A stretch of DNA of 64,000 bases from Neoechinorhynchus agilis (GCA_051530055.1 CM121343.1:2636389-2700388), one strand, 5' to 3'; positions 23,375 through 36,240 are shown, counted from the first letter of the stretch. Numbers and translations are program-made. The notes: a model not told the origin generated them from the letters alone.

Positions 23375-24330
23375 GCAAAAAAGTTTTGATGTCGACGTTT
23401 GGTTGAACATGAAGACTGAAAAGTAGTTCACATGCAAAAAGGTTTCCCTATAGTTTATAATGCTCTGATTTTTAATAGAACAGAAAATCTAACAACCCCA
23501 ACCGAACGGCATAGCCTTCGAATATTTTACAACTTTTGTTCCTCTTCGTTTCATTGTACTGAACAAAATTGATAATGATCACGACAAACCTGCCGCGGTT
23601 GAAAAATGTTCAAACAAACCCAATACGTTGAACTTTTAAGTCGCCGAAAATTTTGAGTCGCTATTCTCTTTTTTCTCTGCCATCACTGTGTCAAAACGGA
23701 TGGATTTTCAATTTGCAAAGGAGGTTATTTGATAAGATCCTCATGGATTTAAAGCGTTGCAAATGTAATTTTTTTGCACGCGATTATTCCGACTTTAAAA
23801 ACGTTTATTCTATTCTTTAAAAACTAATATAATGGAAATTGAAAAGTGTATTTATCTAGTTGCAGCAACCACACTGAAAATCGATGCTGGGAACAATCTA
23901 AATTATTTTTGAATGACGCAAATTAAGCGGTGGGGTGGATCATAAAACCTTTGGTGCTCCGCATTCAACTATCTAGACGATATTATAGTCCAGGGTAAAT
24001 ATATGATAATTTTTACAAAAAGCTCTCGAAATCCGTTGTACAGAATTTAGATTTGTCCAATTAGATTAGGCCTTTTTCCACGGCTGATAGTTTTCCTTGG
24101 GCGAACAGCCCACCAATCTCCTGCATCAGAGAAGTGATTCAATCACTTAGACTGATGCACACGGTAAAGAGGAAAAAAATTGAATTTATGAATGCATTCT
24201 GCTAGATCTAAAGTTTAATTTTTAATAAAAATGACAAACTGAAAATGAGAAGAAACTCTTGAGCGAAGAACGGTCATAGGGATGGAAATCGCTATCCATA
24301 GAGTTAGCTTTGCTTCCTCGGGAATCTACA

Positions 24331-25451
24331 ATGGCACGTAGAAATGTGAAGTTTGTTAAACAAACGACAACGAAGCGGAAAGTTCGTCCCGCCCGTTCAG
24401 CAGTTCTGAGGGTTTATCGAACTGATGTCCAGAACTCTTTTATAGTGAATTATAATAATTGATTTATTTGATAATTTTCGACCTTTGCGTAGGCCTTAAT
24501 GGCTTTAAAGTCTATTCTTAAGGCGGGTAAAACATAAAGAAAGCTACTATCCTCGACGGATCATCATGGCAGACTGATGAATCTTAAAGCATTTCCGAAA
24601 ACAAGTCTTTACCCACCCTAAAAAAAATTAAGATAAAAAATCTATTAAATTTGCGATCGAAATACTTTTCATCTGATAGGCACGTAGATATTGACGATTA
24701 TTTTCACGAAAATCCTCATTGCTAAAAGGTATTTTGTAATTGAGGCTGGAGTGAATTGTCCCAAATCTTCTTTTTAAATTCCAACATATAATTCTCATTT
24801 TTTATAGGACGTCTAACTGTAATGTTGTGAGGATAAAACAAAACTCTATTTGAGTTTGGACGAGACGTAACAACGGCACCAACAAACTTGGAAACGACGA
24901 ATCACTTAGACCCTTAACCGTAAGACTACGAGTATCCACTTTCACAATTATTCTGGAGATGCTCATTCATTTACAGGCGGAATGTTCGCAAACCGTTTTT
25001 ACCTCTACATTTTCACGTAAAACACTAAATTCAAAACCAAACAAGAATGTATCTTGATTTCAACCTCTTTTTTCATAATGGACTAAATTTAAAATACAGA
25101 ATTATTTTTAATAACCCGTCGTTATTTGATTTCAGCAAAGAAATTTCTTGAAACCGAAGATACCGTTTTACGATTATCCTTCAGTAGGAAAATACTTTTG
25201 GCCATGTTGATCGTAGCATATTCATCGGGAGTAGCGGAAATCATTACTTGGGAGAGCTGGTGAACGTTGGCAGGATTACTGACATTCGCTACTTTAAAGC
25301 GTAAGGAGTATCCGTTATGCGAAAAGAGTTTACTCGATAATCAGGATTTAGCGATGTCCGAAGCTTTCAAATCAAGCCTCCTATCGATGACCTGGACGAA
25401 AACACTTTTACGAAGGGAGACAAAGAACCTCTTAGTCCTGATGAAGACTGA
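24331..25451 (+). CDS. Possible multi-exon gene of unknown function
   Basis: ATG GCA CGT.. exon MARRNVKFVKQTTTKRKVRPARSAVLR with plausible GT-AG junctions and a final exon ..DVRSFQIKPPIDDLDENTFTKGDKEPLSPDED*. No family recognised; exon chain not fully resolved. Confidence 0.3.
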
Positions 25452-25939
25452 AGCTTGGGCGGATGAAATTCAATTGTTCAATGTTACATAAGCAGCAATA
25501 AATGTTGGGGCCTTTAAAAGTGCCTTTTTCTTAATTAATTTTCTATTTACACGAATTTGCTCGGTATCTTCAATACGTTCGCAGCCTTGATTTTTCGGGA
25601 TTAGTGGAGGAGCAGAGCAATAATTTCTATCTCACGGCCAACTTCGGTTGGCAATTCTCGCGCAAACTCCGTAAATACGTGGATTTACTATTAAGTTACC
25701 GATTTCTCAACAATGTGTATTATCCCCAGGTTCCTCGCCTGAATTCAACTGAGTCTGCTAAAGTAAAGTTAATCGTAATTTAATATTTGGGTAGGGATAA
25801 GCCTTAAAGGACTAATTGGGTGCTCGTTTTCGAAGAACTCGAATTATCGTTGAAGCGTAACCATGGCAACGAAATCGCCAAAAGATCAACCCGAACAGAG
25901 AATCGCACTCGCAAACACATTGACGTGAAACTCATCTCC

Positions 25940-27577
25940 ATGTTTCGTGATCCAATTTTCTCCAGCCTTTACGACGAACAAGAGAGCAGTAGCTCTGAAG
26001 TTAGTGGACGTGACGGAGTTCAAGAAAACGAGAGATTTAAATTGGTTGATGACCTCAAAAACAAATATCGTTTAATATCAAAAATTTCCAGTGGTGCATT
26101 TGGGACGGTTTATCTTTGCAAAAATATGCTAACAAGCGAGGAGATGGCAATGAAGGTCGAAAAAGCAGATAAACGAAATTCAAAACTGTTCAAGGAATAT
26201 AAAATCTATCAAATACTTGGAGGGTACGATAATGGATTTCCGAAAGTGCACAATTATGGCAGGTTTGATAAAAACAATGCCATGACAATTGAATTGTTGG
26301 GCGAAGACCTTGAATCACTTTATAGCCACTGCGGTCGATCATTTAAGAAACTGCTGTTGACCGAAATTTGGTTTCTTTGAAAATGGTCAACAACGGTTCC
26401 AGTACCTTGCAAACAGTCTGTATGATAGCCGTTCAATGTCTCGAGCGGCTAAAATTTGTCCATGAAAAATCTTTGGTACATCGCGACTTAAAACCGCAGA
26501 ATCTAGTAATTGGAAGGAGATCTCATTTAAAACGGAAAATCTACTTAATTGATTTTGGTCTTGCTTGTTATTACAGAAGCACAAAGACTGGAAAATATTT
26601 CGATTATAGAGATCGAGGACCAGCCTTAGGTACCTTGCGATTTATGAGCCGTAAAGCTCATAGAGGAGCCACGCAAAGCCCCCGAGATGATCTTGAATCG
26701 CTTGGGTACCTTCTTGTTTATTTCTTAAAAGGAAAGCTTCCTTGGATGAATGTCATTGCTGAAACAGTGAAACAAAGATTCAATATAGTCGAAGATCTAA
26801 AGATAAATACTTCAGTCAAAGATTTATGCACTAATCTTCCAGGTTTGTATTCTATAGAATTCTATTTGTCAGTGCTACTCCACTCAGACGACTTTCCAAT
26901 CTTTGTTTTGGGTTTACTAAACCTTTTGAATTAATGATTAACATTCATTTGTTTTGCTGGGCTCTCCTCAACCCACGATTTGATGAGATGTAAGACACTC
27001 GTCCGTTTAAATGGGCAAAAAACCTTTTTGTCCGAAAGGAGCATTTTGTCTACAATGCAGGAGAGCCAACAGATTTCTATATTGGCCTAAAAAACGGTGA
27101 TCCTTGAAGGTTAATCATTCGCCTTTATTAGAATTAAGCAATGTCTCCAACCGCAGCAAACTATTTTTTGAGAATTCGAAATGGTCATTGGCAATAAAAC
27201 TTTTCGTTTGAAAAGTACTCTTTTATTTATAAATGTTCTGTTTAGACGAATTTGGTAAATATCTTGAATACGCACGTAAACTCGGTTATTATGAAGATCC
27301 GGATTATGATTACATGCGATCATTGTTTAAGAATTTGATGAAACGTTCAGGTTTTAAGAATGATTGCGGTTTTGATTGGGAAGATGAAAATCTATATTCC
27401 GTTGCAAATGTTGCACCAAGTGGATCGGCTCTAAGTGATATAAAAAGTAATGAAGTAGAAAATCGTAAATGCTTCATGAAGTCGTGTCGCCTTTTCCGAA
27501 GACGAAAAGATCAAGAACTTCCACCTTCGATTGAAACGTTGATTGAAACCAGTGAAGACGAGTCCAACCAAAAGTGA
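25940..27577 (+). CDS. CSNK1: Casein kinase 1 family Ser/Thr kinase (divergent)
   Basis: ISSGAFGTVY, AMKVE, MTIELLGEDLE, VHRDLKPQN, IDFGLA, GTLRFMS, RDDLESLGY, Y..DPDYDYMR. One canonical intron (about 26844-27246) and one TA-flanked insert. Confidence 0.93.
26344..26404 (+). other. TA-flanked 59-nt hairpin insert in CK1
   Basis: TA at 26344-45 and 26403-04; removal gives R-S-F-T-L-Q-T-V-C-M-I-A (CK1 consensus RKFSLKTVLMLA). IR GAAACTGCTGTTGACC / GGTCAACAACGGTTCC (14/16 pairs counting one G-T). Confidence 0.85.
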
Positions 27578-28554
27578 GTTATAAATCTTCTTTGTAATTT
27601 CTTTAACGATTGTGCTTTCGTTTAGTAGATGCTTTTGTTTACAACGAATGAGGCGGTTATTTCGGTCTTTTGTTGCTCAAAAATGAACCAATGTCTCTCT
27701 TTTCTTAATAAATCGGTTCTACTCGTTATTGACTGTGCAGTGTGGATTCTATTTTTCTTTCACAAAATGGGAATCTTAACTGCAGTAAATGAAATGCTGC
27801 GCTTGAAACTTTTAGAATCACATTCAGCATTTAAATTTAATAGTGCACTTTTCCTGCCTAACGTATTATCCCCGTTCCGAAATTTCGAATCTGGAATTCG
27901 CTTTTCTTACCACTACTTCGTTCGTAATGTTTTGTAGAATCATTCAATTTCAAAATGAAAAATTAATGACACTTTGCCGACAAAACCCAATAATTTTTCC
28001 CATCTTCGATCGATGCGTTCGCTTTCAAAATCGAATACCTTGGCAAATCAGGGTTTTCTTTTTAAAATATTTATCGTCCCCTTCTTGTTTTTTTGCCAAA
28101 AAGAGAATCTCCTGAGTTATATAAGTCAAAAGATCTCAGTGTGAAGAACTAAAAAGCAAGACTTCTATTGATCAAATGTTCGACACAACGACCAAGAAGC
28201 CAAGACCTCAAGCATGCAAATATATTTTATTAATTAAACTTCATAAATTTTTCGAAATATAAATGAACTATTATAACTCTTCGTACTAAAATTTGACCAT
28301 TTCGAGCATGCCCTGGTCAGAATGAAGTTCACTAAATGGAATCACATTGAAAAATAATATTGTTATATAGTTTTTTTCTTTATTTTTCAATGCTTTAACA
28401 ATTTTGATGAAGACACACGAATGTGCCGAAATATGGGATTCAATTAATAAATTACTTTAAAATTTCCGGTAATTAAAAACTTTTACGATTGTCTATTTAC
28501 TATTAGATTGTATTATTCTAGATCTTGGAGGAAAACTTTATCCGGCAAAAAATG

Positions 28555-28750
28555 CTTAGCCGCTTTCGTCCTCAAATGTCGTCCGAATGCTTGCCATGTT
28601 GCCCCTCAACACGGCGGTGCTGATATTTTGAAACCGGTTTTAACCTGAAGGCGTCGCTTCAGATCCTTCAGAAGTTGAAGAGCCTCGCTACCAAGAGATC
28701 CGTAGGTCTCAACCCCAAAAGGCACAAACACATGGGCTACGGCTTCAAAT
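28555..28750 (-). mobile_element. 3' fragment of an RLE-type non-LTR retrotransposon (CRE-like)
   Basis: Minus strand reads HVFVPFGVETYGSLGSEALQLLKDLKRRL..NISTAVLRGNMASI, the C-terminal restriction-like endonuclease motif; homologous to 43574-43880. Confidence 0.7.
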
Positions 28751-29733
28751 AATAACAAACCTCGTGGATTTTAGTAGAAACGCTAAAAAGAAGACCTCAA
28801 ATTTAGACATTTGGTTCTTATTAATAGGAGTTTTTCTTACCAGCAAACCGTTAAAATCGACAAAACACTTCAGTACGCTCTATTCTGCTTCATCGAGCGG
28901 AACGGTGCCGACAGTCATTTTGCAAGCATTCCAGATATTTCATTTTCAACTCGAATTTCGGATCATGTAGGGGTTTTTCCCACACAATTTCGAACTTTAC
29001 TCACATTTACATTGGCGGCGACGGTTATGGAGCACATAAATTGCTCATTCATTGATTTCGTAAGTTAATTTTAGAATTTGTTACTTTAAACGTTTTGAAA
29101 TCGCTTTTAGATTTTGAATTTTTAAAGTTTTGATGACAGTTAAAATTGCCCCGTAGCTTGCAGAACGGTAGCGATTATGAAGAATTTAAGTGTTTCGTTA
29201 AAATCACTAACTATTTAATTGCTTAGTTGCCTTTGTATAACTTAAATTAGACTTTTTTAATTGAAAATAATGACTTTAAATAAAATGCGTAATTAAAACG
29301 AAATTCGAATTCGCTCAAATGCCATTTGGGTATTGAGAGGCGTTCGTTTTGATTGATTATTTTTGCTACGAATAAAGAAGACGCTACAATCTTACCAATC
29401 AATAATCAATATTAAATCTAAATTATCATGCCTATTTTACAATCGCGTCATACGACCGATTGACATTTATTAAATGATCTTAAGAATCTTAATTAAATTT
29501 TCACGTCGGTTTTTGATCTCGTTTTTTCATCTGAATTATTTTGTAGGGGTGCTCTTAAGAGTTTCTTCGATTACGATTCATGAAACCACTTTATTTCTAA
29601 TTTATCTGATAGTTACTTTGTGTATTTTTCGACGAACCCAACATTGGTACAGGAAATCTACAAAATAAAAAAAGATTTTTGGGTTCCTTCCTTTTCTTAA
29701 AGGAGATTACTCTGATATCTGCAATTCTAAATA

Positions 29734-31948
29734 CAGTAATACTTCGTTTATCCGGATTTATTGGGATCGGACACCATTCGGATACGATATTTCTCAGATA
29801 ACCGAAAATAAAAGTTCTTAACATGCGAAGGGGGTGGTTAAGAAAAGCGAAATCGGGGTGAAATTCTATAATTTTAGTTGTATTGATGAAAATAATCGCT
29901 TATTCGATCTCAGTGTACAATTGCAGGCCTTTGTTTCTTTTGCTGCGAGGTATCTGATTCTCTTGAAAACCAGTAGTTGAGTGGGACAACATTCTTATCC
30001 AGATAATGGACGTTTTGGATCATCAAAGTTCTACTGAATTTACTTTAAGAAACAATTTTCCCGAAACCTCTCAAATTAGGATATTTGTTCGGAAAATTAA
30101 ATACATTAGAACACCGTTTATCCCGGACACAATTCGGATAACCGAAAACCAACCGTGATGTGTTCTTTAGTTAAGAAAAGCAAAATCGGGGTGAAATTCT
30201 ATAATTTTAGTTGTATTGATGAAAATAATCACTTATTCGATCTCAGTGTACAATTGCAGGCCTTTGTTTCTTTTGCTGCGAGGTATCTGATTCTCTTGAA
30301 AAACAGTAGTTGAGTGGGACAACATTCTTATCCAGATAATGGACGTTTTGGATCATCAAAGTTTTACTGAATTTACTTTAAGAAACCTCTCAAATTAGGA
30401 TATTTGTTCGGAAAATTAAATACATTAGAACGCCGTTTATCCCGGACACAATTCGGATAACTGAAAACCCACCGTGAAGTGTTCTTTAGTTAGGAAAAGC
30501 AAAATCGTGGTGAAATTCTATAATTTTAGTTGTATTGATGAAAATAATCACTTATTCGATCTCAGTGTACAATTGCAGGCCTTTGTTTCTTTTGCTGCGA
30601 GGTATCTCGTTCTCTTGAAAACCAGTAGTTGAGTGGGACAACATTCTTATCCAGATAATGGACGTTTTGGATCATCAAAGTTTTACTGAATTTACTTTAA
30701 GAAACCTCTCAAATTAGGATATTTGTTCGGAAAATTAAATACATTAGAACGCCGTTTATCCCGGACACCATTCGGATAACTGAAAACCCACCGTGAAGTG
30801 TTCTTTAGTTAAGAAAAGCAAAATCGGGGTGAAATTCTATAATTTTAGTTGTATTGATGAAAATAATCACTTATTCGATCTCAGTGTACAATTGCAGGCC
30901 TTTGTTTCTTTTGCTGCGAGGTATCTGATTCTCTTGAAAACCAGTAGTTGAGTGGGACAACATTCTTATCCAGATAATGGACGTTTTGGATCATCAAAGT
31001 TTTACTGAATTTACTTTAAGAAACCTCTCAAATTAGGATATTTGTTCGGAAAATTAAATACATTAGAACGTCGTTTATCCCGGACACCATTCGGATAACT
31101 GAAAACCCACCGTGATGTGTTCTTTAGTTAAGAAAAGCAAAATCGTGGTGAAATTCTATAATTTTAGTTGTATTGATGAAAATAATCACTTATTCGATCT
31201 CAGTGTACAATTGCAGGCCTTTGTTTCTTTTGCTGCGAGGTATCTGATTCTCTTGAAAAACAGTAGTTGAGTGGGACAACATTCTTATCCAGATAATGGA
31301 CGTTTTGGATCATCAAAGTTTTACTGAATTTACTTTAAGAAACCTCTCAAATTAGGATATTTGTTCGGAAAATTAAATACATTAGAACGTCGTTTATCCC
31401 GGACACCATTCGGATAACTGAAAACCCACCGTGATGTGTTCTTTAGTTAAGAAAAGCAAAATCGGGGTGAAATTCTATAATTTTAGTTGTATTGATGAAA
31501 ATAATCACTTATTCGATCTCAGTGTACAATTGCAGGCCTTTGTTTCTTTTGCTGCGAGGTATCTGATTCTCTTGAAAAACAGTAGTTGAGTGGGACAACA
31601 TTCTTATCCAGATAATGGACGTTTTGGATCATCAAAGTTTTACTGAATTTACTTTAAGAAACCTCTCAAATTAGGATATTTGTTCGGAAAATTAAATACA
31701 TTAGAACGTCGTTTATCCCGGACACCATTCGGATAACTGAAAACCCACCGTGAAGTGTTCTTTAGTTAAGAAAAGCAAAATCGGGGTGAAATTCAATAAT
31801 TTCAGTTGTATTGATGAAAATAATCACTTATTCGATCTCAGTGTACAATTGCAGGCCTTTGTTTCTTTTGCTGCGAGGTATCTCGTTCTCTTGAAAACCA
31901 GTAGTTGAGTAGGACAACATTCTTATCCAGATAATTGGCATTCCACTG
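29734..31948. mobile_element. pogo/Tigger-like MITE expanded by an internal tandem array
   Basis: TA|CAGTAATACTTCGTTTATCCGGAT at the left and ATCCAGATAATTGGCATTCCACTG|TA at the right form imperfect CAGT-type TIRs with TA flanks. Confidence 0.6.
29837..31935. repeat. Tandem array, about 6.5 copies of a 319-bp unit (first copy 333 bp)
   Basis: Unit starts at 29837, 30170, 30489, 30808, 31127, 31446, 31765. Confidence 0.97.
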
Positions 31949-32523
31949 TAATTCGATCACATAAATCAGGTAATTCTTAATTACTTTTCTTGATCAACGA
32001 AGACGTGTAACGACGTGATTCACTACCGTGTCCAATATTCACACTGTCTACCTTAGTTCAAGGTCTGCGGTTGGTGCTGTGTGGCATACATTTTCGTCTA
32101 TGTTGCTCAAATGATGTTTTTGTACTCTTGGAACGTAGAACACATCGTTTTGTTTGATATTTGCCCCAAGAAAGTTCAAAACAAATACATTGCACGAACT
32201 TTATTAACACTTCAATTCCTAAGCTCTTGTCACTTTTTGCAAACAAAAAAATTTGTTGTCTATGTTTTAAAAGCGTTTACACTAAGAACCTAAAATATAG
32301 ATCTTTTTAGTAATTTGTTTTCTCTGAGTCTTGATTTTAATTGTTTTTCTTTTTAATGTCGTAAATTTCTTAATGAGAGCAATAATTCTAAAAGGATATT
32401 CAATTTCCTTATCCATGAATTAGGACATTATATTTTATTAAAATGTTGATGGTATATAATTGGGGTTAGTATTTAGGTTAAAGATAAAAATCCACGAGTA
32501 TGTGGAAGTGACGAAAAATTATC

Positions 32524-33199
32524 AAAGAATCGCTTTAATTGAAATATTTCGTCCAATCACACAAGAATTCTCCAGTCAGTTATTTCTCACTAATTTAACA
32601 ATATTTTTATGGAGATTGGCCAGCCGGTAGCTTATATCAATGTGTGGCCTTTTATCACACGCGGCTGATAATTTTTGGTCACACAGCCCACGGATTTGGT
32701 TCAGAGAAGTATTTCAATTACTCAATGCACTGAACCATCCGGTAAAAGAGTTTGTGCATTTCTACGGATCCTCAGATACCTCCAGGAGGCGGGACTCTCA
32801 TTGGTGAGTTTCCCCCCTTCAGCGGTATTTCGTCCCCTTTTGGTTGCGTGTCATTGGTGGTAACGGTTCCGAACCACTTGACCCCTAATCGGGATCGCGG
32901 GCATTAGTCCACTTGATCACCTCGACACAACTACGGAATGTACACAACCAGCCAATTTTACATTTATTAATTCAAGGCCATTGAATTTTTGAATTTTTAT
33001 GAAGATTGGCCAGTCGGTAACTTATATCAATGTGTGACCTATTCCCAAAAATTATCAGCCGTGTGATAAAAGGCCACAGATTGATATAAGTTACCGGGTG
33101 GCCAATCTTCATAAATAATATTGTTAAAGTAGTGAGAAATAATTGTCTGGAGAATTCCTGTGTGATTGGACGAAATATTTCAATTAAAGTGATTCTTTG
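32524..33199. repeat. About 155-bp inverted repeat pair with an extra partial direct copy
   Basis: 32524-32679 is the reverse complement of 33044-33199 with scattered mismatches; partial direct copy at about 32995-33040. Confidence 0.85.
32766..32933 (-). mobile_element. tRNA-derived SINE with rearranged hammerhead, copy 2
   Basis: Minus strand GTAGTTGTGTCGAGGTGATCAAG..GGTTCGGAACC head, then GGGGAC-GAAA-TACC, CTCA-CCAATGA-GA-GTCCC, GAGGTAT-C-TGAG. Confidence 0.75.
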
Positions 33200-33240
33200 A
33201 TATATAATTTTTAGGTGTTCTTCACCCAGTAAAAGATTAT

Positions 33241-33337
33241 TTATTAAAGACGTTTCGAACCACGTCAGGTTCATCATTACTTCTATTGTATTTTAGAACT
33301 GCTGATGAATCCGACGAGGTTCGAAAAGTCTTTAATG
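33241..33337. ncRNA. Two divergently oriented Penelope-type minimal hammerhead motifs (both degenerate)
   Basis: Minus copy 33241-33284: GTAATGA-T-GAACC-TGACGT-GGTTC-GAAA-CGTC-TTTAAT. Plus copy 33291-33337: CTGCTGA-T-GAATC-CGACGA-GGTTC-GAAA-AGTC-TTTAAT. Confidence 0.65.
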
Positions 33338-33399
33338 CAAAAAACTATTTACCGAGTGAAGATCTAAACAATAATCCTAATTATATTAAAAAATTATGG

Positions 33400-33900
33400 T
33401 TGATTGCGTTGCCCAATGTGTTGCGAAACATACACATATAGCAAAGAATGTCGCAAAGGCAAGCGCAAATAACCGGAAAGAGAAATCTTCAGGATGAATC
33501 ATTATAACTGATTTTCGAAACATTTCGCTCGATCTGAAAAGCAAATGAGGCTTCACAATAATTGACTATTACGATATAGTAATTCACCTAAATTCTACAC
33601 CACTGAGAATAACTTCCAAATAACGTTCTTCTTTTTTGATGGATCCCAAATATGGTATGAATCGTTGTATAACATTCGGGTAACTTGACCCGCTTTCCCG
33701 CAATCGATCTTTCTTTAGAAATACTACGGCTAAATGGTAAAGTTTTGTCCTAGTCAAAAGATAATAGAGGACTTTGTGCTTCTTCCAATTACTATTAATG
33801 GCGAAATACGAGTAACATTTTGTATTGAAAAGCGATGAATCATTTGAGAAATTCCGGTGTCTAACATCTTTTCTGTTGAGCAACTCATTTACGAACGTTT
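33400..33900 (-). mobile_element. Decayed Penelope-like element fragment (post-RT linker)
   Basis: ORF 33584-33883 contains HKVLYYLLTR..LRESGSSYPNVIQRFIPYLGSI, resembling the PLE H..SL..RA / NGYP / LPY motifs; lies beside hammerhead-bearing repeats. Confidence 0.4.
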
Positions 33901-34361
33901 ACGATGAAGCGTGTCCAAATGGAACTAAAATTTCTCGTATAGGTTGGACCATTATGTATCACCTCTATTGAATCAAAAGGTAAAGATTGTTTATGGCGGA
34001 AAATTTGAAGAAGTTTGATTAAATCCGATAAAATTCCTTCAATTTTTCAACACCATAAACAAACAAAAGATTGCATTTACGAGTACGGCACTAACTTGTT
34101 TAAATACTATATCATGATTACCAATTTTTTCTTATCTATTCGTTTAATCGATTGTGCTTGTTTGTCATAAATACTCACATTGCAACGTTTTGTCATTACG
34201 TACCAGCGAGATAGGCTTTATCGGATCCAGCTTCTCGTACGTGCACTTTGAAGACTAGTTTCTCGTTTTGCTCGACTTTCTCGCGAAACCACACCGCCGA
34301 GATTTGATTTTTTGAAAGGCTTCCTCAACTTTGTACAATGAAATTACGATTTGCCTTGTAG

Positions 34362-35622
34362 ATGACATCCGAGAAGTCCAATCAGATACCAATTATATGC
34401 CATGGACATACTAGACCAATCACTGATCTAAAATTTAGTGGAATAACCGATTCCAGTTATATCCTAATTTCCGGCTCAAAAGGTAAACGCATTTCATAAA
34501 TCAGAGTTTGCTCAAAAAGAGAATTATTGAAGATGGGAACCCCATGATTCGTGAAGGCGATACTGGTGATTGGATTGGTACGCTTGTAGGCCACAAAGGA
34601 GCCATCTTCGGAGTGGCCATAAATAAGGCAGGAACAATGGCAGCCACTGCTTCCGCGGATTACACTATGCTAGTCTTAAAGTTTTTCATTCTTCTTATTC
34701 AGAAATTTATAGGAAAGTTTGGAATGTTGCCAATGGAATTCTTGTTCATGATTTCGAAGAGCAACATGTCGTTAAATGTGTTGACATATCACAAAGTTCT
34801 AAATATGCCATTACCGGATCGGCGAAAAACACCATTGCCTTATACGACATTGAAAGGGGCGAGGGTACGAGTTTGAATTGATCCAATGCTCTTTCGTCTA
34901 CTAGAAATACCAGTTAATAGCGTATACGAACAACATTCTGATAAGGTGAACAAAGTGGGTTTCACTTCCGACAAAACGTTTGTCTCAACCAGCAATGACC
35001 GAACGGTCAAGTGAGTTTCTATTTAAATACATAGATTAGATAATAACGATATTCGAGTTTAGTTTCTGTGATGTCCGAGTTCCAACTTTAGTCTACAGCC
35101 GATTAAACCTGGAACAACCTGCGGTGGGTCTCGAAATCAACTTGGATTACTCATACATGACATTTGTTCATGGGAAATGTGTATCATTCATCCGAAACTT
35201 TTGGTAATCGTCGTAAATTCTTTGTTTCATAAACTTATTCAAACAGTCCACATGACTTGATTCGTGCTGAAATGGAATGTCAAATGTCATCAGCAAGCAT
35301 TCACCCAAGGCAAGATCGTTTTGTCTGTGGTGGTGCCGATTTTAAACTCTACGAGTATTCTATTCCTCAAATTACTGAAATCGGTTGGTTTATGGTCATA
35401 AAGAAAATAGTACGACGCTATATCCTTCTTTTTTGTCCTTCAGCTTCGTATCGATCGCATTTCGGAGCAATCCACTGTGTACAATATTCACCAGACGGCG
35501 CCTTATTTGCAAGTGGATCTGAAGATGGAACTATTCGACTATTTCAGGAAGACGTCGGTAAAACTTATGGCCTCTGGAGCAACAGCCGTGAACCAGGAAT
35601 ATCAGCACAGGCCATTCAGTAA
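34362..35622 (+). CDS. STRAP: STRAP/UNRIP WD40 protein
   Basis: IICHGHTRPITDL, KDGNPMIREGDTGDWIGTLVGHKGA, HFGAIHCVQYSPDG..ASGSEDGTIRL..GKTYGLW; short introns, one with a GC donor. Confidence 0.93.
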
Positions 35623-35967
35623 GTCGTTTGTTCAAGTATGTTTCGACCTCAATACAAACTTTCCATCACATTTTAATGTTATAAACGCTGAGGACATTTA
35701 GTTTTAGCAAATTTTTGATTTGCTACGAATGTTGACTTAAAAGAATTATGTTCACGTCATGTTAAAGCGAATCTTTAATGATTGAATGTTTCGGGTATGT
35801 TTAGCCACCACCATTCATCTGAACCCGATGCCGCCATTGACTGCGGTAATTACAAGTGTAATCTCCTAAGGATTTCCTTAGTCGCGACCTGGCGTCATTA
35901 GTGTTCCACTCTAGGAAAATGTGATCCATATTTTTGAAATTTCGGAGAGCATTAGCATAACTCGTGT

Positions 35968-36008
35968 TTTTCGAACCTCGTAAGGGGTTCATCATCAGTT
36001 CTGAAATA
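35968..36008 (-). ncRNA. Penelope-type hammerhead motif directly downstream of a GIY-YIG remnant
   Basis: Minus strand CTGATGA-T-GAACC-CCTTACGA-GGTTC-GAAA; stem III and cleavage site degenerate. Confidence 0.6.
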
Positions 36009-36049
36009 CAAGTGGCTTAAATGGTTATTCTGCTCTCACACGCGTTTAT

Positions 36050-36240
36050 GACTGATAACGTTCATCGAAAGTTATTGCATTCACTTGCTAAATCAATTGT
36101 TTAGTCATAATTGACCACTGGCCAGTTTCCAACTCGTTCAATGCCATATTCAACGATACCACCTTCTGGGTCTTTTTATATTCTGCCAATCTCGTCTTCG
36201 GATTCCCACCACGGGTACGACGAACCCGCGCTCCTGAGCC
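36050..36240 (-). mobile_element. Penelope-like GIY-YIG endonuclease remnant
   Basis: GGNPKTRLAEYKK..ETG(H).VNYD*TIDLASECNNFR, matching the PLE GRxLKTRLxEH..TGH.IDW..ILA.E pattern, with frameshift and stops. Confidence 0.55.
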
